In this document: positions 29,806-40,097 of the stretch, piece by piece | How positions within the stretch are numbered: position 1 is the first letter of the stretch | How the letters are laid out: every line of letters begins with the position of its first letter | Source of the DNA: Candidatus Micrarchaeia archaeon | GTDB lineage: Archaea > Micrarchaeota > Micrarchaeia > CABMEP01 | DNA length: 64,000 nucleotides | Direction: 5' to 3' | Assembly: GCA_038881595.1 (NCBI GenBank) | Contig: JAVZPM010000001.1 | Span: forward strand, 211,562-275,561 | Program-made: the position numbers and the translations under genes | The notes under the pieces: generated by a model | The model's database searches: none | Told to the model about the DNA's origin: nothing | What the model saw: only the letters and a program-made list of their open reading frames with translations

Positions 29806-30437
29806 TCTCCCCCTTCTTTTATTTTATTATAATGAACATTATTGAATTCATAGATGTCCTTTTCATCAGACATCCATTTTTCTATCAACTCTTCCTTTTT
29901 TCCATTTATCATTTCACTTCCAGTTGGATCTATAAAATACCATTCATCTTTGAATTTAAAAGATACAGCTACCTTTGTCCCATCATTTATTCCAACTACA
30001 ACATAACTGTCATAATTGTCAAGTGCTATCAAGATAGAGCAGAGGAAAATAGCCTTGTCCATCGGATCTCCGCCTCTTAGCTTAATAATGTCTTTTGGCA
30101 TTAGCCAGAAATCAATAGGAGTTCTTATTGTTCTTATTCTTCTTATGTATTCATGAGCTTCTTTTGCTGCTGCAATAAAGTCTCTTTCATAAATATAGGG
30201 CTTGAATTTGGATTTTATTTCCTCACTAATCCTTTTTACCTCTTCATCTCTTGGGTTTATCATTGCTTTTAAATCTGCTATCGTTTTCGTTTCGCTTTGT
30301 TCTATTGTTGATCTATATCTGTCTATTATTAGCTCAAGAAGCTTTATCCTATCTTTAAGTATGTTTATTTCGTTTCTTCTTTCAACAAACTCTTCTTTTT
30401 TTGATATAGATTTGAATTCATCAACCATATAACTCAA
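29802..30437 (-). CDS. transglutaminase-like fold protein, catalytic Cys apparently lost
   Basis: FWLMPKDII..RGGDPMDKAIFLCSIL and WYFIDPT match the pattern usually read as GDCEDxA. Confidence 0.65.
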   Translation of the reverse strand: MSYMVDEFKSISKKEEFVERRNEINILKDRIKLLELIIDRYRSTIEQSETKTIADLKAMINPRDEEVKRISEEIKSKFKPYIYERDFIAAAKEAHEYIRRIRTIRTPIDFWLMPKDIIKLRGGDPMDKAIFLCSILIALDNYDSYVVVGINDGTKVAVSFKFKDEWYFIDPTGSEMINGKKEELIEKWMSDEKDIYEFNNVHYNKIKEGGE

Positions 30438-30547
30438 TTTATTCTATGATTGTGAATATTAAAAATCTATCTTTTTATACATTTCTAAAAATAATTTAGA
30501 ATGGTTGCTTTATTAATTGCGTTTTGCCTATCTGTATATAAAATCTA

Positions 30548-31423
30548 TTATACTCCAAGAGTTACTCTTAAGAGATTTCTTATTCCAGGTGCAAGACCGA
30601 ATATAATTATTAGAAGGTATAGAAAATATCTTTCGTTTTCATTTTCAGCCTCTCTTTCTATAATTAAAGATGCAAAAATAGCAAAGAGAACTTTTATGAA
30701 TAGATAGATTATTGTTCCGTAAACAATGATTTCGCTAAAGAACCTCTCTACTACATGCTGACCAAAATAACAGATTCCTTTTTCTGTGCAAAGAGGGGAG
30801 AATCTATTGAAGATCTCTATGGCAACAAAGCTTGAAACACCATCAAGAGTATGAGCTGCAACTGCGATTCTTGGAAGTATTTTATTTAATTTATATCTTT
30901 CCATTATAAGATGAGAAAACACCATAATCATTCCTGAAAGAGCCAGTATAGTTATTAGATAAGTAGGATCTTGAATCATACTTAATACGATAATTAAGTG
31001 AGGAAGACACAACAATATACCTATTGCAGGATAGATTTTAGGCTGTTTAAGTTTGATGCTTATATATAGCGAAAGTATTGTTATCAATCCTATAATTACA
31101 TATATCCCAGGTGTGGCTGTAAGAAAACCATAGTTATATATTCCACTTTCAAGAAATGGACCAAATAGCCAATAGAATTGATGTTCTTTCCAATCAATGC
31201 CTGCTTCTGTAGCATCTGTAATAACTCTAACAGTTGATCCCAATATTATGAATGGAATAGTATAGATAATAAGTTCCTTTGTAAAGTATTTTTTGAATTT
31301 CTTATATATTAAAAAAGCTGCCACTATCGCAATAATTGCATAAACAAAAGTATTAATGATATTATATCCAGTGTGTTCAATTATAGGATTAATGAAATAA
31401 TCTTGTATAAAATTATCTATCAT
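30548..31423 (-). CDS. DUF63-family membrane protein
   Basis: GYNIINTFVYA, GSTVRVITD, TPGIY, AHTLDG and GLAPGIRN motifs. Confidence 0.85.
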   Translation of the reverse strand: MIDNFIQDYFINPIIEHTGYNIINTFVYAIIAIVAAFLIYKKFKKYFTKELIIYTIPFIILGSTVRVITDATEAGIDWKEHQFYWLFGPFLESGIYNYGFLTATPGIYVIIGLITILSLYISIKLKQPKIYPAIGILLCLPHLIIVLSMIQDPTYLITILALSGMIMVFSHLIMERYKLNKILPRIAVAAHTLDGVSSFVAIEIFNRFSPLCTEKGICYFGQHVVERFFSEIIVYGTIIYLFIKVLFAIFASLIIEREAENENERYFLYLLIIIFGLAPGIRNLLRVTLGV

Positions 31424-31450
31424 TTTACCACTAATTCTTGCTAATTTATT

Positions 31451-32230
31451 TTATATCCTTTTATACTCTATCCCATATTCGTTGCAGAATTCAATTATTT
31501 TTTTCCTTTGTTCTTGCTTTAATCCTTTCCAATCGATATATACATTTTCAACCTCTTCTGAACATCTTTCAAATGCTTGTGTAAATGTTGTATATTCAAG
31601 ATTGTCTACTGCGTAATTTGGGATGATGTGCGCAAATGCAATCTTTCCTTCTATCTGATGTTTGTTAAAAGCAGGACAGTAATGCCCGCCACCAACTCCC
31701 ACTGAGATCTCTTTAATTTCTATTCTTTCCATAAATTCTTCAAATTCATTTATTATCTCAGCTACAAACTCTGCATACTTCTCATTTTTCCATTCTTTTT
31801 CACTGCTTCCAATTTCAACAAAAGCGCACGGCCTCATACAAAGTGGACCATGATGATCAACTTCCATTGTTATATTCATATCAAGTTTAATTTGTTTATT
31901 TCTCTCATTAAGAAGTGTAATTAAAGTTTTCATTCTTACTGGATCGCTAAAAGAAATTTCTTTATCTTTTCCTCCCATCTCAGCCTTTCCCCAATTTCCA
32001 GGAACATGAACTGTAAAAGAAGGCTTTCCGCTTTCGCTTTTATGTTTGCTTGCAAATAAAATAAATTCATCCTCTATTTTTTTGACTAAATTATCTGAAT
32101 AGAGTAAGGATTCCTTAACCTCAGTTAAATTCTTTTCAGAAATATCTGTGTCTCCTTTTTCAATGATAGATCTTAGGCTTTTTGCTATATTAACTCCTGC
32201 TGGATCTGCTATTGAATACAGAATTTGCAT
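31451..32230 (-). CDS. dtdA: D-aminoacyl-tRNA deacylase (archaeal DTD2)
   Basis: SKHKS, TVHVPGN, HHGP, FVEIGS and GGGHY motifs. Confidence 0.93.
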   Translation of the reverse strand: MQILYSIADPAGVNIAKSLRSIIEKGDTDISEKNLTEVKESLLYSDNLVKKIEDEFILFASKHKSESGKPSFTVHVPGNWGKAEMGGKDKEISFSDPVRMKTLITLLNERNKQIKLDMNITMEVDHHGPLCMRPCAFVEIGSSEKEWKNEKYAEFVAEIINEFEEFMERIEIKEISVGVGGGHYCPAFNKHQIEGKIAFAHIIPNYAVDNLEYTTFTQAFERCSEEVENVYIDWKGLKQEQRKKIIEFCNEYGIEYKRI

Positions 32231-32253
32231 TTTCCCATCTCGTTTTTATGCCG

Positions 32254-33060
32254 TTATACAAGAGAAACGCCAGCTAATATATAAATAATTAAGCCAATTA
32301 ATATGAATGGAAGAAACATAGGCATATCTAGGACAGGCCATTTCCTCCCTGTTTTGCTTAATATTTTTGCCTGCTTTTCGTCACTTAGTCTTTTTATTTT
32401 GTATTTTTCTATAATTTTTTTGTCCAACATTTCTACTGCAATTACATCTTCTGGTTCTATTTTTTTCTTCATAACCACCATTTCTTGTATTAACTGTTCT
32501 TTTGAAATTATAAAGAATATGGATTCAAAGAAAAGTATTCCTGAAACCAAAAGCAGCCAAGCAGGTAGGAATGGAAATATCATAAACATATAAATTAACA
32601 GAGCAAATGAAAATAAGAGCAATATAATCTGGAGTGATTGCCAGAGATTTATCTTTATCTTTCCTTCATTAAATCTCTTGATAATTTTTGGGAAATATTT
32701 TATCATAATCCATACTGAAGCAAGCACAGTAGCAATTGCAAGAACCATCAATGAGGAAGGAACAAATTGATTTTCGTCCAATGGAAATACAGGCAATGCA
32801 GAGTAGATCGCTGCCAGTGCTATAACGTCTGCACCACCAATCTGTCCATTAAGATATAATATGTAAAGCACAAGTATCAAGGGAATTGCAATTGGAAGGA
32901 ATTTTAAAAACAATGAATAATCAAATATATTCAAAAGTAATGAAATTCCAAGGAATAAATAAAGAAATAGCTCAGGTACATTCTTTTTATTGAAAATATC
33001 ATAATAAGCAGCAATTCCAGTTCCTACCAATGCAATTAATATCCTAATAAGTTCTATCAT
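32254..33060 (-). CDS. prepilin/preflagellin peptidase (A24 family)
   Basis: AAYYDI and IGGAD aspartate motifs, C-terminal PMFLPFI, multiple TM helices. Confidence 0.85.
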   Translation of the reverse strand: MIELIRILIALVGTGIAAYYDIFNKKNVPELFLYLFLGISLLLNIFDYSLFLKFLPIAIPLILVLYILYLNGQIGGADVIALAAIYSALPVFPLDENQFVPSSLMVLAIATVLASVWIMIKYFPKIIKRFNEGKIKINLWQSLQIILLLFSFALLIYMFMIFPFLPAWLLLVSGILFFESIFFIISKEQLIQEMVVMKKKIEPEDVIAVEMLDKKIIEKYKIKRLSDEKQAKILSKTGRKWPVLDMPMFLPFILIGLIIYILAGVSLV

Positions 33061-33158
33061 TTTTGCACCCTCAATCAGTTAATATCACTACTTGATTAGT
33101 ATTACTATTTTAATCTTATAATTCTATCTGCTACTTTAAACTTATAGTAAAGAGCAGT

Positions 33159-34277
33159 TTACCAGAAATCATCTAACCATTCGCTATGTATAGAAATTAC
33201 GTTTAGCTGCTTGCATGTAGCATTTGTCTTAAGGAGTGAAGATATACTCGGTTGTGTTCTTCCATCATCCCCACTTATGAATTCTTTAATATAAGTACCA
33301 GATTCAGATAGTATATGTAGTTTTATTGTATGGCTGTCAATCCATTCTGGTTTAAGCATCTTTATTCTTCTTTTCCTAATTAGATCAGATCTTCTTATAA
33401 GCACCCTTTTAGGTGTTCTTTGCATTAATAAAATACTTTTAGGTAATTTAGAAATTTCATTTTTATCAATGGGTTTTTCTAGATTCACTATTGCTTCATA
33501 TTCCTTGTCAAATTTAGCTCTTTTTATTATTTCTATCCATTCTTTATTGACTATTTTCTCAAACTTTACCTTTATTTTTCCTTTATTCATTTTATTTATA
33601 ATATTATTTATTCTTTCTATTTCCTTTTCATTCAATATTCTTTTCTTTGGATTAGTCACTTCTATTACAAAAGGTCTTCCCTCACCCAACATCAATACAT
33701 CTATATCTTCCCTTCCACTACCATGCAAAATTGCCTTACTTCTTTCAGTGCCAATCTCTTTTATCAAGATTCTCTCTATCAGTTCTTCAACAGATTCCTC
33801 TTTCGCACCTTCCTTCTTAGTTTGCCTTATTCCTCTTTGAAGCTTATTGTATTTTCCGTATAGATAAATAGAGGATATTTGCTTTGATATTCTGTCATTT
33901 TTAATATCATATATAATTCTTACATCAGGATCTGGACTGAATTTGTATTTTGTTTTCTTTTCTATTATCTTTCCCAATTCAGTGTTTAATTCAGGTTTTA
34001 TACTTTTCCATTTTCTAAAGTCAGTAAAATCCCAGATTTTTTCTTCTATAGCCTCTGATTCCTTCGGTATGCTCGTTCCTATGCTAAATGTCTGTATTCC
34101 TGGAATTGATTCTAGTTCTTTTATTATTTTATCTGCTATTTTATTTAAGTTCAGGAAACAACCATTGCAAAGTTTACATTCCTGTTCATTTTCTATAAAT
34201 TCAGAATCGACTTTAGAGAATCCGTTCCTGCTCCAGCATCTTTTACATACTTTAGGCATTACAAATTTTATCATCAT
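33159..34277 (-). CDS. pus10: tRNA pseudouridine(54/55) synthase Pus10
   Basis: GKYNKLQRGIRQT, HGSGREDIDVLMLG.GRPF, QRTPKRV..RR and GTYIKEFISGDDGRT motifs. Confidence 0.95.
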   Translation of the reverse strand: MMIKFVMPKVCKRCWSRNGFSKVDSEFIENEQECKLCNGCFLNLNKIADKIIKELESIPGIQTFSIGTSIPKESEAIEEKIWDFTDFRKWKSIKPELNTELGKIIEKKTKYKFSPDPDVRIIYDIKNDRISKQISSIYLYGKYNKLQRGIRQTKKEGAKEESVEELIERILIKEIGTERSKAILHGSGREDIDVLMLGEGRPFVIEVTNPKKRILNEKEIERINNIINKMNKGKIKVKFEKIVNKEWIEIIKRAKFDKEYEAIVNLEKPIDKNEISKLPKSILLMQRTPKRVLIRRSDLIRKRRIKMLKPEWIDSHTIKLHILSESGTYIKEFISGDDGRTQPSISSLLKTNATCKQLNVISIHSEWLDDFW

Positions 34278-34344
34278 TATAAATTATTAAGATAAGTTTA
34301 AATTTTATTACTTACATATTATATTCTAAATATTAAGTGATTTT

Positions 34345-35901
34345 ATGCAAGAAATAAAAGAAGATAAAATATCAGAACACTGGGTTTCAGTATTGGTAAA
34401 AGAGATATTGTCATCCACTAAGCCACCATTTGTAGTTGCATCAGGCATAACCACCAGCGGACCTACGCATATAGGAACTGCAAGCGAATTCATATATCCA
34501 AACGCAATTGTGACATACTTCAAAAATAATGGTTATGATGTTCAATTCATATTCATCGGAGATATAATGGATGCGTTTGACTCAATTCCTAAACCGTTAG
34601 AAAAGTTCAAGGATGTTTTAGAGCCTCATTTAGGAAAGCCTCTTGTACATGTCCCGGATCCATTCGGCTGTCATGCCTCTTACGGAGATCATTTTCTTTC
34701 TGAAGCAGCAGATCTAATGAAGAGATTTAAGGTGAATCCGGAAATAGTGAGAAACAGTGATCTTTATGCAAAAGGACTTTATGATAAGTATGCAATAAAA
34801 TATCTGAATGAACGTGAGAAGGTTAGAGATGTGGTTTTTGAATCCTCTTTAAGAAAAAAAGAGGGGAAAGAATGGGAAAACTGGTCTCCTATAGCTCCAA
34901 TATGTGAAAAATGTGGAAAGATATCTACATGTACAGTTACTGGTTTCGATGGAGAATATTATTACTATAAATGCAATAAGGATGTTGAGTATACAAAGGG
35001 ATGTGGTCATGAGGGTAAGGCAAGAATAAGCGATCACCGATACAAGCTTGTTTGGAGAGTAGAATGGCCTTCAAGGCAGGATTTCCTTAATGTTACAATA
35101 GAAGGTTTTGGCAAGGATCATGCTACTAGAGGTGGGTCGGCAGATACTGCAAGGGAAATGCATGAAAAAATACTAGGTAGAAAGCCACCATTTTTCTATA
35201 GATTTGGCTTCTTCCTTCTAGGAGGAAAGAAATATTCTAAATCAAAAGGTATAGGTTTGGATGTTAATACCGTTCTAAAACTCATGCCTCCAGAAGTAAT
35301 CAAATATTTCATATACAGATCCGATTCACAAGAGGATAAGAACTTCGATCCTACAGGTCAGAACATGCTTCTTATATTTGAAGATTATGAATATGCAAGC
35401 ACTCTTTCACAACCAAAGGAAACACTTACCAGGGCAGATAGAAAGAAAAGAATCGCCTACGAGATAAGCGGTGAAAGAAAATGGAAGGCAAAATTCCTGG
35501 ACATTCTTCTTTACTATCAGATATATAGGGATTGGGAAAAAGTAAAGTCTCTTTTTAATGATCCAGAAGGAGTGGAATACATAAAACCATATATCGTTTA
35601 TTGGATAGAGAATGGGTATGTGCCAGAGGATTATTCATTTTCAATAAATCCGAAAAAGCCATCAGATATAAGAGGAATAAAAGAGTTTGCAGAAAGGCTT
35701 GATGATAAAATGGACCAACTCGCCATACATAATCTTGTTTTTGATACAGCTAAGTCTTTAGATATAGAGCCGAAGGAGTTCTTCAAGACGCTATATACTG
35801 CTTTAATCGGCAAGGACAGGGGCCCTAAGCTAGGAAAGCTTATTCATGCCATAGGTCCCAGTAAAGTAAAGAAGGTGTTGATGGAATTAGTAGGTCAATA
35901 G
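34345..35901 (+). CDS. lysS: class I lysyl-tRNA synthetase
   Basis: SGITTSGPTHIG, GKDH, KYSKSKG and GPKLG motifs. Confidence 0.95.
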   Translation: MQEIKEDKISEHWVSVLVKEILSSTKPPFVVASGITTSGPTHIGTASEFIYPNAIVTYFKNNGYDVQFIFIGDIMDAFDSIPKPLEKFKDVLEPHLGKPLVHVPDPFGCHASYGDHFLSEAADLMKRFKVNPEIVRNSDLYAKGLYDKYAIKYLNEREKVRDVVFESSLRKKEGKEWENWSPIAPICEKCGKISTCTVTGFDGEYYYYKCNKDVEYTKGCGHEGKARISDHRYKLVWRVEWPSRQDFLNVTIEGFGKDHATRGGSADTAREMHEKILGRKPPFFYRFGFFLLGGKKYSKSKGIGLDVNTVLKLMPPEVIKYFIYRSDSQEDKNFDPTGQNMLLIFEDYEYASTLSQPKETLTRADRKKRIAYEISGERKWKAKFLDILLYYQIYRDWEKVKSLFNDPEGVEYIKPYIVYWIENGYVPEDYSFSINPKKPSDIRGIKEFAERLDDKMDQLAIHNLVFDTAKSLDIEPKEFFKTLYTALIGKDRGPKLGKLIHAIGPSKVKKVLMELVGQ

Positions 35902-35965
35902 TAAGTTAAGATTATCAAATGCCAATAGAATTAAATTGATAGATGTTTGATAGGTATTTTATTAT

Positions 35966-36745
35966 TTATTCTTTTAACATCGAATGAATCCTTTCCAATT
36001 CTTCTATCGTTAATGTGAACACTCTTCTTTTTTGTATACCAAGTTTTTCAGCCACCAAAATTAGTTTTGGATATTCATCCATTATCTCTTTTGCCTTTGC
36101 AGCTGCACCTAATGTTTTTTTCCTATGAGAAAAGAGTCGCTCTATGAATTTATCAAATTCAGGGTTATTTGTTTTTTCTCTTTTGAATAGCATAACAATT
36201 GCAGAGTCAACTTTAGGTACTGGTTTAAAGCTTCCTTTAGGAACTTTCTTTAGATATATTGGCTTGAAGTAATAGTTAGTCATTACGCTTAATCTTGACC
36301 AATCCTTTTCGCCTGGCTTTGCAATCATTCTGTCTACAAATTCCTTCTGGAGGCAGAGAATAGCCTTTTCAAAATTAAATTCCTTAAGCTTGAAAAGAAG
36401 TGGAGAAGATATAGAATATGGAACATTACTTATTATTAGATCTATCCTCTTTTGCTTTGATTCTTTTAGAATTTCATTTTCATCTAAATCTAAGAAGTCA
36501 GCTTCTATGACTGTAACATTCTTTTTTTTCTTGAATAAAAATTTAAGAGAATCTGCAAAGCTGAAATCTTTTTCAACAATAATAAGGTGCTTTGCGGTCT
36601 CTGCAACCAATCTGCTAAGGTTTCCAGTACCCCCCCCGATTTCAAGTACTACTTTTCCTTTTGGTTGCAGCATATCTACTTCGTATTTCAGCGTCTCTTC
36701 ATTTTCCAGCATATGCTGGCCAAAATGTTTTCTTTTATTGTACAT
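35966..36745 (-). CDS. ksgA: 16S rRNA dimethyladenosine transferase
   Basis: GQHML, VLEIGGGTG, SNVPYSIS, QKEF and FKPVPKVDS motifs. Confidence 0.95.
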   Translation of the reverse strand: MYNKRKHFGQHMLENEETLKYEVDMLQPKGKVVLEIGGGTGNLSRLVAETAKHLIIVEKDFSFADSLKFLFKKKKNVTVIEADFLDLDENEILKESKQKRIDLIISNVPYSISSPLLFKLKEFNFEKAILCLQKEFVDRMIAKPGEKDWSRLSVMTNYYFKPIYLKKVPKGSFKPVPKVDSAIVMLFKREKTNNPEFDKFIERLFSHRKKTLGAAAKAKEIMDEYPKLILVAEKLGIQKRRVFTLTIEELERIHSMLKE

Positions 36746-36760
36746 CTTATCTACATTTTA

Positions 36761-37411
36761 TTAAAAAGAAACATTGTACGGCATTAACATTTTTGTAACT
36801 GCATAAAGAAAGATATATGAAATTAAAAGTACTAGTATTGGCCATACAATAATCATTAACGCTTTTATCCACGAAATATTGTTGCTATTCTTGACTATTG
36901 AAACTATACCATATATTCCATAAATAAAAACTAACAAATTCAATGAAGTAAGGTCTCTAATGATGGAAGAAATTATTGCTATAATTATTATCAAAATTAT
37001 TGCAACTGTAGAAAACATTAAAATAGAATTAGTTTGTTTTTCAAAGTCTGCTTTTACATCAAGAATTCTTGCAGATAACCATATAAATGAACTACTCGTT
37101 ACGATAGCTAACAATATGAAAAACACATAAAATAGAAGTACTAAAGCACCTATAGCAATACCAAAGATGTTAAAGGAAGGCAATAAAGATAAAGTTAAAA
37201 CAACTAAAAAAGACAAATAAATGAATAAATATGAATTTTTTATGGTCTGTTTTGTTTCATACGTGTATTCGGTTGACTTTGCAGGATTGGAAAACAGCTC
37301 TACCATATTTTTAAAGGAATAAATAAGGGAATCCTGCGAATCTTTATTTTTAACTTCTTCTCTCTTGATTTCCTTTATTTTAGTTCTCTTTTTTTCCATA
37401 AAATCACTCAA
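36761..37411 (-). CDS. YIP1-like polytopic membrane protein
   Basis: LFSNP followed by about five TM helices and a WIKAL motif. Confidence 0.6.
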   Translation of the reverse strand: MSDFMEKKRTKIKEIKREEVKNKDSQDSLIYSFKNMVELFSNPAKSTEYTYETKQTIKNSYLFIYLSFLVVLTLSLLPSFNIFGIAIGALVLLFYVFFILLAIVTSSSFIWLSARILDVKADFEKQTNSILMFSTVAIILIIIIAIISSIIRDLTSLNLLVFIYGIYGIVSIVKNSNNISWIKALMIIVWPILVLLISYIFLYAVTKMLMPYNVSF

Positions 37412-37426
37412 TAGTTTTTTATCTTC

Positions 37427-37999
37427 TTAGCGTCTTCTAAAATCACTTGTTGGTGGCATGGGTGGCTTAATAAATAAATAGTATCTTTCTTTGCCACTCA
37501 TCTCATTTATTATTCTTTCAGTAATCATTTCTACTGGATTAAGTAGATGTGGTACTCTTTTTGTAAGATCATCAAAACTTTCAAAAGGTTTAATTTCTCT
37601 TTCTTTGAGTATGTCTTCCAAATGTTTCTTTCCAATACCTGGAAGGAGTTCAAGCTGATGGAGTCTTATTGTTACTGGTCCGCATTTATTTATGAAATTT
37701 ATAAAATCACTTTCTCTGCTTTTAACTATTGTTCTTATTGCACTTTTCAGTTCATTTTTAGCAGCACCTGTAAGTTCAGAGTATTCAACTCTTCCTTTTA
37801 TTCTTTCTACTTCCTTTCTTTGATTCAAATCTTTTCCTACATATAGTTTACTATGAAGTTGAATTGGAACATTTCTTTTCACTATAACTTCCAGAAGTGT
37901 AAAGAATCTTTCACCAACTAGGTAAGCAACTGGTTCTCGTTTAATATCCGTTGGTTTACCTAGTGGTAAATAGTCTATTACAATTCCATAGTCTTCCAT
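37427..37999 (-). CDS. DUF655-family nucleic-acid-binding protein
   Basis: GIVIDYLPLG, FFTLLE and RLHQLELLPGIGKK; conserved neighbour of rpo4. Confidence 0.93.
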   Translation of the reverse strand: MEDYGIVIDYLPLGKPTDIKREPVAYLVGERFFTLLEVIVKRNVPIQLHSKLYVGKDLNQRKEVERIKGRVEYSELTGAAKNELKSAIRTIVKSRESDFINFINKCGPVTIRLHQLELLPGIGKKHLEDILKEREIKPFESFDDLTKRVPHLLNPVEMITERIINEMSGKERYYLFIKPPMPPTSDFRRR

Positions 38000-38012
38000 A
38001 AAAAATCACCAG

Positions 38013-38354
38013 TTATTGTTTCTGGTATTTTGAAACTATTTCTATTATCTTATTAATTTCGTCTTCTGTTAAAGAATAAGTTTCCTTTGAGAATATCTGT
38101 TCTATTTCTTCTTTCTTCTTTGGCATTAAATCTACAATCTTAACTGCTTTTGCTCTGTTTAGTTTTGCAACTTCACTCATTAATTCACTTATCATTTCCT
38201 CTGCAGTTTCTTTGCTTATTTTGGTCATTTTTTTTGCATATTCTAAAGTCTTTGCCTGTTCGAATCCCATTTCTATTTCACTAGGCATTTCTAGTATTTC
38301 TTTTACTTCAGCAAGCGTTACTTCTCTAATATCAAGGATTTTTTTACCTATCAT
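38013..38354 (-). CDS. rpoF: RNA polymerase subunit Rpo4 (F)
   Basis: MIGKKILD..EVTLAEVKEIL...EQ..TLEY...AVKIVDLMP. Confidence 0.93.
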   Translation of the reverse strand: MIGKKILDIREVTLAEVKEILEMPSEIEMGFEQAKTLEYAKKMTKISKETAEEMISELMSEVAKLNRAKAVKIVDLMPKKKEEIEQIFSKETYSLTEDEINKIIEIVSKYQKQ

Positions 38355-38373
38355 TCTAATCACTTTTTATAGA

Positions 38374-38658
38374 TCAACATTCTCTTAGGTGGACAGCTGA
38401 AACTATAAATTTCTTTTTTATTCCCCCATCCTCTACTTCTACAACGTAAGCATTTCCCTGTTTTCCTTTAACTATACCAACACGACCAGCATATCTTGGA
38501 TGAGGAAAGTCTTCGAACTTGACATTTGGAACTAGTTGTACCTTTTTTCCTATCTCGATAGTTTTCAATTGATCAACTACAGTAACTTTTCTTTTAGTTG
38601 ATTTTCTTCCAAGCACTCTGCTTTTTCTGCTCATTCTTCCCTTAGATGCTTTGACCAT
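38374..38658 (-). CDS. rpl21e: 50S ribosomal protein L21e
   Basis: MVKASKG...PHPRYAGRVG.V.GKQGNAY.V...SAVHL. Confidence 0.95.
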   Translation of the reverse strand: MVKASKGRMSRKSRVLGRKSTKRKVTVVDQLKTIEIGKKVQLVPNVKFEDFPHPRYAGRVGIVKGKQGNAYVVEVEDGGIKKKFIVSAVHLREC

Positions 38659-38884
38659 ATTATCACTTCGATTCAAATTAAAATTTGTTACAATTAACTC
38701 TAGCTAAAATAAAACTGCATTAATAGATATAATATATGTAGGATAAGTTTAAAAATATACATATATCTAAATGGGATCTCAAACAATTTTTTTATATTTA
38801 AATAGGTTTAAATACCTTCCGAGGTATATAAATTTAAGTATTTAAAAAGGCCGAGTTGTAATCGGGCTTTTAAAGGGTGTTTTA

Positions 38885-39163
38885 ATGACGAAAGATGTTA
38901 AGTTTAAGATTGAGAATATTGTAGCATCAGCAAATCTAGGAATCGAACTGGATCTTTATTCTCTTGGAAGAAAGGTTCCAAATATTGAATATGAGCCTGA
39001 ACAATTTCCTGGAGCAATTCTTAAACTTAGGGAACCAAAATCATCATTGCTTCTCTTCAAGAATGGAAAGATAATATGTACTGGTTGCAAGACAGAAAAA
39101 GAAGTAAAATTAGCAATCAGAAATGCAATGGCAATTCTTCAAAAAGCACAGAAGAAGAGATAA
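38885..39163 (+). CDS. tbp: single-repeat TATA-binding protein (half TBP)
   Basis: IENIVASA.L...LDL...EYEPEQFPG.I.KL.EPK...LLFKNGKIICTG is one complete TBP repeat; stop at 92 aa. Confidence 0.88.
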   Translation: MTKDVKFKIENIVASANLGIELDLYSLGRKVPNIEYEPEQFPGAILKLREPKSSLLLFKNGKIICTGCKTEKEVKLAIRNAMAILQKAQKKR

Positions 39164-39218
39164 TTAGAGACGTTAGTAAACCAATCATAAAAATAAATTA
39201 AAGTCCGTAACGTCTTAC

Positions 39219-40097
39219 CTATTTAATATAGAAGATATCATTTTCGAATTTTTTTATCATTATTTTTATTTTATTCTTTTTCTTATTATTGCTGTAATCA
39301 AATATAGATCTTCTATCTTTTTTAGGTATGCGTAGCATCTCGTTTAGTTCAGCATAATGCTCTTTGAAACTTTTAGATATTTCTTCAAGCTTTTGTTTTC
39401 TCTTTTCAATTTCCTTAAGTCCATTTATTCTTGCTTCTTCATATTCTCTACTTATCCACCAACCACTGGTTCCATACATATCTATTAACAGCTTATCGTT
39501 TAAGAGAACAAGTTCAATCAAATCAACATTATACTTATCATTTTTCCATTCTTCTAAGACTTTTTCCCTTACAATCAATAATATTCTCTCTTTTTCCTTT
39601 GTATCTATAAAAGTATTATATTCAGCGATTTTCATTAGTAAATTACTAATTACATAAAATTTCTTTTTATCTTGGACTTTCTTATATTCTTCTTCAAGAT
39701 TTAAATCACTCATTTCTATTTCAGTTAATATTTCTACTGCATTTTTAGATACGTCTTTTCCCCTTGTATACCAAATCTTCTTAATTAAGTCTTTTTGTTC
39801 ATCCTTGAATGAATTATCTATAACCTCTTCTACCTTTTTATCTTCAGGATAGTATAGATTATAGTAGTTATAATATGCTTTTGCATCTATTGGCTTAAAT
39901 ATAAGTCCAAGTGTCAAAACCCCTTTTGCTATATTTTCAATTAAAGGTTTTTTGATTTTTTCTTTCCAGTTTTCTTTTTGTATGTTTTTTTCTTTTTTCT
40001 TACTTTCCATTTCCTCCCCTATTGATACTTTCGAATTTGAAGTATATAAGTTTTTCTTTAACGCTTTAGCCATCCTATTTTTTAATATCGATTTCAC
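39219..40097 (-). CDS. hypothetical protein
   Basis: 292-aa K/E-rich ORF overlapping the stop of the upstream 1060-aa gene. Confidence 0.55.
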   Translation of the reverse strand: MKSILKNRMAKALKKNLYTSNSKVSIGEEMESKKKEKNIQKENWKEKIKKPLIENIAKGVLTLGLIFKPIDAKAYYNYYNLYYPEDKKVEEVIDNSFKDEQKDLIKKIWYTRGKDVSKNAVEILTEIEMSDLNLEEEYKKVQDKKKFYVISNLLMKIAEYNTFIDTKEKERILLIVREKVLEEWKNDKYNVDLIELVLLNDKLLIDMYGTSGWWISREYEEARINGLKEIEKRKQKLEEISKSFKEHYAELNEMLRIPKKDRRSIFDYSNNKKKNKIKIMIKKFENDIFYIK

